Positions 53,358 through 64,000 of a stretch of 64,000 bases of DNA are shown piece by piece. The stretch comes from Octopus vulgaris (lineage: Eukaryota): NCBI GenBank assembly GCA_951406725.2, contig CATOCA020000001.1, positions 6,324,001-6,388,000 on the forward strand, in the 5' to 3' direction. The notes under the pieces are model-generated. The model had not been told where the DNA came from, searched no databases, and was given only the letters and a program-made list of their open reading frames with translations. Made by a program: the position numbers and the translations under genes. Position 1 is the stretch's first letter; every line of letters starts with the position of its first letter.

Positions 53358-53638
53358 GTTTAGATGGGCTGGACACATCGCCCAGCTCACCGAAAATCTG
53401 TGGACACGCGCAGTTGTCGAGTGGTACCCGCGCGAGCGGAAACGACCACCCGGAAGGCCTCCATGTCGGTGGAGTAACGATTTCAGGAGGACGATTGGGA
53501 TCACGTGGATGAGGAAGGCGCGATCCAGAGAGGAGTGGACAGCGTGCTGTGACCAGCGGTGTCAAACGGATGCCTGACGGACTAGTCGGTCAAGGTGATA
53601 TATATGTATGTATGAATATATGTATGAACGTATGTATA

Positions 53639-53711
<73 letters not shown>

Positions 53712-54494
53712 GTATATAGACATACATACATACATACGTACGTACGTACGTACATACATACATGCATACATACATGCATACATATAACACTTGATTGTAT
53801 CTAATCTGTTTTAGAAGTCGTCTATACTTAGACATTTGACTTTGAATTTTATGGATGGACAGATAGGACACAATTCCTACAGCTTCATGTATGGCTGATC
53901 CATGCCACAAAACAGGTCATTGTTCTAAATTAGAGTAATGACTTTAGATTTATATACGATATGTGTGTACATAACCAGGGAATTATTTTCAAAAGTGATG
54001 AGTTGAATGCAGTAAATGTCATGTTTCCATCTGCCATCACTGCACCACAAACTTCAGATTGATCTCAGGTCATTACAAGGTACATTGTTATTCAATGACT
54101 GAAAGACTGTGAGAAATAGTTCAACTACCTGATTGGTCCCTTCAGTGCCTGATCCATGCGTCTTCCTCCATCATGGCTGTGGAATAAATAGCAAGATACA
54201 TTTCGTTACACAGAGACACTCTAATTTACAGTAGAGAATATTATGCGACGCCACAATTAAACAATTACATATGGGCGAATTTGTGAGTATATAAATGCAG
54301 ATACAGACACACAGACACAGACACAGACACACAGACACAGACACACAGACACACACACACACACACATACACACATATATATATATATATATATAAATGG
54401 ACACAAATATTAATAAGTATATGTCATGACATTGATACATCACAAAAACTGATTTACGCAAAGTGAACAACATATATTCCAGAAATATAATTCA

Positions 54495-54500
<6 letters not shown>
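52997..54500. repeat. About 300-bp direct duplication (52997-53308 and 54225-54500)
   Basis: Near-identical unique sequence on both sides of a (CA)n(TA)n tract. Confidence 0.9.
53356..53600 (+). mobile_element. RTE-clade LINE 3' end (family distinct from 33800)
   Basis: RWAGHIAQL...WYPRERKRPPGRPPCRW. Confidence 0.85.
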
Positions 54501-54565
<65 letters not shown>

Positions 54566-54649
54566 GAGTCAGTCGCCATGATAGATTGTTAGCCGCTACA
54601 CACATTTTTTTCTCTCCTTGTTTCTATCCTTGTTTTTTTTTCCGTGTCC

Positions 54650-54685
54650 CTTTCTGTAGAAGAGCGAAGGCTCGAAACGTAAAAG
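54650..54685 (+). ncRNA. Minimal hammerhead-like motif with a core substitution
   Basis: CUUU-CUGUAGA-A-GAGC-GAAG-GCUC-GAAA-CG-UA-AAAG. Confidence 0.4.
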
Positions 54686-54744
54686 ACTTTTTCTATTCCT
54701 TCAACACCACCTGTCATCGTCTTTTGTTTTTTTTCGTAAACTCT

Positions 54745-54838
<94 letters not shown>

Positions 54839-54841
54839 ATA

Positions 54842-56473
<1,632 letters not shown>

Positions 56474-57023
56474 CTATGTATGCATGTATAAATATATATA
56501 TATAATATTATTATGTATGTATTATAATTATGTATGTATCTATGTATGCATGTATAAATACTATGTATGTATGTATCATGTATGTACACTATTGTATGTG
56601 TTTGTAGGCGATTTTCTCAGGATAGCTCACATGGACATGACTGGGTGGGACAGAGAAGACAGAGGAACAATCTGTTGGTAGACAGATAAATTCCATCACT
56701 TCACTATTTACTTCTACATTTTCTCATTGGTCCCAAATCTTTAAAATAGGGAATTGAGAGGGGTGGGTGGGGATTTTAGGAGAGGTATAAAAGTCAACGC
56801 AACCAATCATTTGAATGTAATCAAAATAGTGTCCTTTCTTTTAATTAGCTTAACATCTGCATATTGTTTATTGTTCTTCTTACTGTTGTTGTCTAACCTT
56901 TCATTAAGCCTCTAAAGCAGTATAATGTATCAGTAGAATTAAAACAATATAAACATATAAACACGGTTATATACAAAATAGAAAATGTAATGGTTTATCT
57001 TGTCATTGCCAGTGAATACTTAC

Positions 57024-57199
57024 TGCGGTGAGAATAACGTCTTTAACATCTTTTTTAAATCTTCCTCTTCTATTAGGTCCAATGGTGTTCTGCCAATTTT
57101 GTTTTTACAGTAAAAGTTGGCCCCGTGGTGGGCTAGGTAGCTGGCAACTACCACACCAGAGCACCTTTCTTCGTTTCCCAGTTTCAGCTCTACGCAGAA
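57024..57199 (-). CDS. Ankyrin-RING-Death domain gene, last ankyrin/linker exon
   Basis: TTTGTAG/GTAAGT, phase 0-2; ...VASYLAHHGANFYCKNKIGRTPLDLI...LFSPQ. Confidence 0.9.
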
Positions 57200-57703
57200 C
57201 TACAAATGATGAAATATAAAATGATGAGTTAAAGATTACACAAACATATACTAAAGATGCCCCAAATTACACAACAGTTCAACTACATTTACACATAGTT
57301 TGTTTCCCAGTGATTAAACTATTCACACAGCGTTGATTTCTTACATCATCTCTTAGTTGAGTCCACTTTTCATTATCATTTGTTTTACTTTACGTTCTAC
57401 ATTAAGACAAAAATTATGATCATTATATTGAACAAAACGCACATTAGTGGTCAACGTTATTGCTTAACAATGATATTTAATGAGTAAATATTTACTTGCC
57501 AATCACAAATGTCACAAACTATTCAATAAAAACACAATATAAAGTTATTATAACATCAAGTCAAATATACAAAATATAAGGACAGAAATGTCACAATAAT
57601 GAAAGACAACAAACCAACAAGAACCTATCTCTACAACTGGCTTGATAAAGCCAAATGGCCACAGCAAGAGAAATACTTACGGAAGAGTATTGTACATATA
57701 AGT

Positions 57704-60152
57704 ACTAGCTTAAGGTGACCCGCTCTACGCGTGGGTGAGGGTGTGATTGTTACTTTCTGTTGCTTCCTTTGTTTCTTATCGCCATATTCACCCTCTTTGT
57801 TCCTCTCTCCTTTCTCTCTCGCATCCCCACTCTCTTACTCTTCCTTTATCTCGGACTCTCCCTCACTTTCTCTTGCTTTTTATCTTTCTCTATCTATCTA
57901 TCTCCCATTTATAAAAAATTAGATTTCCGTGCTTAAATTACAAATCTTCTACTTTACCATGTTGAAAATTTGATTGAAATCGGGCAAAAGGTGTCCAATC
58001 TAAACCCCCAATTGTCCCCCAAAATCAATAAAATCCCTATTTTCACACCAAAACGACCACAGTAGCGCCCCAAAAGTCTCTCAAACAATTTCTCACCGCA
58101 AGTTACCCCCTCTTCTAAATTGTAATCCCTTCCAGGCCCAATTACACATATTTTTACATAAAAATCCAATTTGTATCATCGTTCGCCTTCTTCATTTGAT
58201 AGATTAGAAATACATACCCGGCCTTGTTCGGAATTAAAATAGTTTATTATTGTTTTACTCGTTTTGGTATTATAACCCGATTTCATTCGGGTCTAAGCGG
58301 GCCACATTTTAAAAGATGAGGAATTTTGCCCTAGAGTCCATGCCTTTCAATTGAGCAAATTCGAAGTTCCAATACAAACTCGCTAGCACTTTTAACATAG
58401 GTGTGCATATTTTTAGCCAAATCCAACCACATATGCACACAGTATATATATAAATTAACACAATATATCTGTTTAATAATATCTGTTATGACTGTGCGAT
58501 GGAGGTGGGCGATATTAATTCACCGTTCTAAAAGACCTGTGGCGAGAATATTTAAACTTTTGCGGTTGTCATCGCTTTCTGTCTATAGATACAGACAGAT
58601 GTACAGTGAGAGAGGTGGTGCAAGAAAGAGTGACAGAGAGACATCGTTATAGAGGGATCAAAAAATCACTCTTTTTGCCATAGCAACCACATCTTATAGC
58701 TTGCGAATTTTAACCATCGCGGGTCTCATTCTCACCACGCATTTAGTATCCTTGCCTCGGTTTGGCTGCCATTAACCTCCAAAGCAAAATGTGCATAAAA
58801 TTTTCGTCAAAGGACTGTCTTATAGATATGAATAACACCACAAATAATATAAGTTATACCAGAAAAGAGAACAGCAACAACATAGCAAGGCCTTCAGACA
58901 TAACAACTAAATCAACACCACATAGACATATCCACGCAGATCAATAATGTTTCTTTAATTAAGTGGATTGGAGAGAAAAACAGGGTATATAAGGCATCGG
59001 ATTTTGTGCGCAAGAGAGAAGTCTACCATGGTATGGTTATGTGATGCATATGGATGAAGATAGCTTCATCAAGAAGTGGTGATCTCTCATTGTGGAGGGA
59101 ATGTGTGGAGGGGGTAGACCCAGAAAGACGTGCAATAATGTGGTGAGAAAGGACCGTCAGACGTTGGGCCTCACAGAGGGGATGAAATGGGAGCGATACT
59201 TTTGGCAGTCTGCTGTACTTGAGATGATATGCCAAGCTAAGTCGTCGTTGTCCTTGCATACTGTCATGACCCCTGTATCATTCTTCGTCTGAGATATCCT
59301 AATCTTGTGGGATCATGGGTGCTGATGCTTCGGAAAAATCACCCATGCTGGTGTCACATACAAATATCCGTGTCGGTGCTGCAGAAAAGCACGCAGTACA
59401 TTATGTAAATTGGGTGGCATTAGGAAGGACGTCCAACTGTCGAAACCATGCGTAAAGAGATATGGAGCCCAGGTAGCTTTTCAGCTGACCAGCTTCGGTC
59501 AAAGCGTCGAACCCATGCCAGCTTTGAAAACAGTCGATACATTATCATGATGATGATGATGATGAATTAATAAGGAAACATCTTTTGATGAAAGAAAGTG
59601 AAGTAAGGGAAGTAAGAATCGGTGTCACAGTTGAGGCAGAACACCAACGCATAGTTGATAATTTGTTCAGTGTTAGTCTGATGGACTATTCCAGTAGGTG
59701 GGGAGGTCGCTGGCTGCCAGAGTAGGTTCCTCTCACCAAAGTAGACATTACAACAATACACAGATGACCATCAACTGCCTGAATAGTAGTCAGTCATCTG
59801 TAGTGAGCTTTATTCATATGGGAATAGCCCAATGTCATAATTCAAAACTAACGCAGCGAAAATTTTGAAAAGTTCCCCCAGTTCTGAAAAAAATCGATAA
59901 ATTCGACATGGAGTCGAGAATCTAAACTTTTTATATGCAACACATCTTCTGTCTAGAGGACGCAACTCGACCTTTTTATCGCCCAAAGGGACAGCTAGGA
60001 ACATCGTATACACAGAAGTATTCGAGTGAAGAGAAGATATTGCAACCTACACACGCACCTTCGTTCCCTAGAGGGAAAGGACTAGATTGGGATTAGTCGT
60101 TGCCTACTAGGGGCTCTTACATACCCGGGCAATGCCGGGCTATGCTGCTAGT
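57704..60152. mobile_element. Non-coding Helitron-like sequence with two outward-facing 3' ends
   Basis: GC hairpin plus CTAG on minus strand at 57704-57736 and on plus strand at 60123-60152. Confidence 0.55.
58960..59565 (+). mobile_element. Degraded RTE 3' fragment
   Basis: GRPRKTCNNVVRKD and family 3' UTR with (GAT)n tail. Confidence 0.8.
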
Positions 60153-60610
60153 ATTATATAAAAGAAATGTGACAGAGAGCTGTTTCAGGCAGAATTCTTC
60201 ATGGAATGGACAAGATGTATTTATTATCATGGCCCCAGCACTATAAATGTTACTGTCTATCATATGAACCTCTCTTCTACCCAGTATCATTGTTAATTCA
60301 GAATAATATCTCCTGTCTTGAATAGATCATTTCTCCTTCAAATTTTGATGACCGTGTTTGTATGGCCAACATTCGAGATGGATCACCTTCTCTACCATGG
60401 AGAGGTCGTGCCTTTGAGGACGGAAGGGGACGGAATAGAGAATAGTGTTTGTTACATAATAATATAACTAAGGGTTACCATTGTGACTGGATCAGGAAAT
60501 GGTAATGGAGGATGGGGTTGGTAGGTGAGAATTGCGATATAAACAATGTCTGTTTCTGTCTGTCTTTCTCTGTCAGTTTGTCTATTTTACACACACACAG
60601 ACGCACAAAT

Positions 60611-60664
<54 letters not shown>

Positions 60665-60723
60665 GCACAAATGCACACACACACACACACACACACATAG
60701 TCACAAACAATGTGAAAACTTAC

Positions 60724-60936
60724 CTGATCTAACATGGTCATGTGCTCCACCTCAGAATGAAAGTTGTTTTCTCTTTTTAACGCCAGATGCAGGCAATTAT
60801 TTCCTCCATGTTCGACAACATTTACATTCGCGCCCCTGGCTATCAGCCGCTGCATTATTCCGAGGTGACCGTTCGAAACAGCTTCAAGCAATGGTGTCCT
60901 ATATTTTTTGTTCACAATTTCTAAATTCACCGAATC
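60724..60936 (-). CDS. Ankyrin-RING-Death domain gene, ankyrin repeat exon (gene continues upstream beyond the window)
   Basis: AAG acceptor after pyrimidine tract, GTAAGT donor, phase 0-0; RTPLLEAVSNGHLGIMQRLIARGANVN...GNNCLHLA. Confidence 0.92.
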
Positions 60937-61369
60937 CTTTGTGGAGGTAAAAATGGAAAATGAAAATTTACATGAAAATCAGGGTTGATATCAATGTCAT
61001 TACAGTTTTCTACTGGGTACTAGATCAAACTGATCAAATACATTTGATGTTTGTCAGTGAAATAAATCTTCCATAAGGACCTTCTATAACCTGATACATG
61101 TGTGTGTTAGAGACATGATAAACATATTAAGATGTCCTACATTTGCCCCTCACTATAGTAAGTTGTAGGGCAACAGAACTAGAGTAAACACATGATTAGC
61201 AGATCAAGTCAAGTAAAGAAGAATTATAATTTCTAATGTTTACTTTTGACGTTGCTACATTAATAAGGGGTTCATAAAACTGCTGAGCCGGTTAGCGTCC
61301 ACATGCATAAAACTAATGCGCACGCACGCACACACACACATAAACATCAGTGTTACATATATAAATACA

Positions 61370-61835
61370 TATAATGAATTGGGGAAACGGAGTTCACGAG
61401 AATATGCATCACAACGACCGTTTCGACCCATCTTGCATCGGTCGCTTGCGGGTGGGCTACTATACAACGTGTTGTGTTGCATCCTCCAGTGCAGATGCAT
61501 CTCATCGGGTACCTTGTTTTAATGTAAAGATACCTCACTAAATATATTCAGTTTCACTTGACATGTTGTTGCTAGGAGCTTCTTGGATTACAACATGAGA
61601 GACAACAGCCTTCTGGCAACAACAACATTCCAAGCGAAACCGAATATATTTACAGAGGTATCTTCTTTAAAACAAGACACCCGATGACATGCATCTGCAA
61701 CGGAGGATGTACAACAACCAGTTATACAATATCCTACCTGCAAGGGCCCGATGCAAGATGGATTGAAACAATCGTTGCGATGAATGAAAATTCTCGTTAA
61801 CTCCATTTTCTGCTTCCCTCATTCATTATAAACTG
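61370..61835. mobile_element. Old inverted-repeat element with about 190-bp diverged arms
   Basis: CCGATGA-ATGCATCTGCA...CCGATGCAAGATGG..GAAAC on opposite strands in the two arms. Confidence 0.6.
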
Positions 61836-62019
61836 AACGAACACTGCAGAATACATGAGGTAGATCCAGTGTCACTTATAGCTCAACTGTGGATGACATG
61901 AGGTAACCGAATCAGCGAAAGAGCTTTAAGCGGCATACTTCTAAATGTATACACAAATTCCAAATAATTACAAATACACACACACACACACACACACATA
62001 CAGGGAAGATGATGCCTTG

Positions 62020-63890
62020 ACGGGAAGAATTACAGAGGTATCAACTATTAGATGAAGCAATGAAAATTACTCAGAGGGTCACAGACAAAATAATTAGGAC
62101 GTGTGTTAGACCAGAAGAGATGCAATTTGGTTTTGTGCCACAGCGAAGCACCTCTGATGCTATATTCCTGGTAAGGCAGCTGCAGGAGAAGTACAAAGCC
62201 AAAGATAAACTCTTGTACTGGGCCTTTGTTAAACACGGAGAAAGGCTTTGACAGGATCCTCGATCCCTTATTTGCTGGTCACTGCAAAAGCTAGGGATGG
62301 ACGAATGGTTGGTGAGAGCGTTACAAGCCATGTACAGGGATGCTGTCAGTAAGGTGAGGTTTGGCATCGTGTGTAGCAATGAATTAGGGTACAAGTAGGG
62401 GTTCATCATGGATTAGTCCTCAGCGCCTTCCTGTTTATCAGAGTCCTCCAGGCAATAACAGAGGAATTTAAGATGAACTGCTTCTAGGAGATCCCCAATG
62501 CTGATGACCTTGTTATCATAGCCGAATAACTTTCAGAACTAGGTAAATTTTAGGTATATCAGTAAGGACTAGAATCAAAGGACCCTAAACTTCATCTAAA
62601 AAAACCATCTTAGTAAGTAGGAAAGCGGACAATTCACAAATCCCCTTAGGAAGATGGCACTGTTCGATCTGTAGAAAAAGCGTAGGTAGGAAGTTCATAA
62701 GATGTGCCCAGTGTAAGGTATGGACACATAAGTGTTGCAGCAATATCAGAGGAAGGTTAACAGGGATAATAGTTTTTTTCTGTTTGGAAGGTGCACAGGT
62801 ACAATAAACAGCACAAATGTAGAGAAAATAGAGCCCATCAATTGCCAGGTAGGTAAGCTACTGGGAGTTGATAGTTTCCGCTATCTAGGTGGCCAAGTCA
62901 GGAGTGTGGTTTGTTCTTCCTTGAGTGTAGCTGCAAGAATAAGAATAAGACGTGCAAAGTTCAGAGTGATCTTAACTCTAATGGTAACAAAGAGCGTCTC
63001 CCTGAGATTGAAAGGCAGACGTTATGATGCCTGTGTGTAAACAACTATGTTACATGTCAGTGAAACATGGGATGTGACCTCTCTGAGGACTTCCATAGGC
63101 TTGAAAGAAATGAAGCCAGTATGCCTCGCTGGATGTACAATCTCAGTGTGCATGTACGACAGAGTATAGGAGTCTTGAGAGAAAAGCTGAGCATTGAAGA
63201 CATCAAATAGGGTGTGCAAGAGAGACGTCTGCGTTGGTATGGTCTTGCGATGTGTATGGACATGGACAGCTGTGTCAAAAAGTGCCGATCTCTAACTGTG
63301 GAAGGATCCTTTGGAAGACGGAGACCCAAGAAGACTTTCGATGAGTTGATGAAGAATGATCTCCAACCGTTGGACATCATAGAGGAGATGACAAGTGACC
63401 GAGAGCCCTGGTGATATTCTCTGCGGGAGAGGACATGTCAGGCCAAGTGACGATAAGGATGTGGTCGTGCCAGTGTCCTATAAGTGGCAGCCGTGCATCA
63501 TAGCCGTGGCTGTTCGCTTCCGGTGCCATGTCAATGACACCTGGGTATCATAGTTGTGGTCACCGATGGTGCCATGTAAATTGGCACCTGGGAATTATCG
63601 TCGTTGGTGGTGCCATTTAAATGGCGACCATCCGTGAATCGTAGTCGTGGCCATTGTCGGTGTCATGCAAGTGGCACCCGTGCCGGTGGCATGTGAAAGC
63701 ACCAGTTACACACCTGGGGTGGTTGGCATTAGGAAGGACATCAAGCTGTAGAAACCATGCCAAATCAGACAGGAACGTGGGGCAGCTCACCGACTCATAA
63801 TCTCCTGTCAAACCAGCCGACACATGCCAGTATGGTGAGTGGATGTTAAATGATGATAATGATGGTGATGATGATGATGATGATGATGGT
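62020..63890 (+). mobile_element. Degraded RTE-clade LINE (RT to 3' UTR)
   Basis: NYRGI, QFGFVPQRSTSDAIFLVRQLQEK, ADDL, SFRYLG, RRLRWYG, (GAT)n tail; many frameshifts. Confidence 0.9.
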
Positions 63891-63954
63891 GATAACGCAC
63901 AAATAGAGACATAGACATACACAAATATGAAAGTAACAATCAAAACTATCATTG

Positions 63955-63998
<44 letters not shown>

Positions 63999-64000
63999 GT

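Noticed and set aside
57675-57700. GTAAGT donor-like site on the minus strand
   Set aside because: Exons 60724 and 57024 already join in phase and no matching acceptor or coding similarity was found

Overview
Repeat-dense, AT-rich animal genomic DNA. The SINE families and microsatellite load point to an octopus/coleoid cephalopod (inference from recognised repeat families, not from a database search). The one well-supported host gene is on the minus strand at 41447-60936 and continues beyond the window. Seven exons splice in frame to 308 aa: ankyrin repeats, a Mind-bomb/IAP-type C3HC4 RING, two short linker exons and a C-terminal Death domain. The linker exons are tandem duplicates of the first Death-domain exon, each with its own copied intron block. 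A frameshifted adhesion-GPCR-like exon lies at 902-1071. The rest is mobile DNA: two Dong/R4-type retrotransposons in a (TAA)n tract, two ORF1-only retroelements (one with a 17-bp TSD), RTE, CR1, Hero-like, Penelope-like, Tc1, MULE and Helitron relics, three tRNA-derived SINE families (one as a 184-bp head-to-tail array), and several short non-coding elements carrying type I hammerhead-ribozyme motifs. Most listed ORFs are microsatellite or SINE artefacts. All alignments and counts were done by eye.
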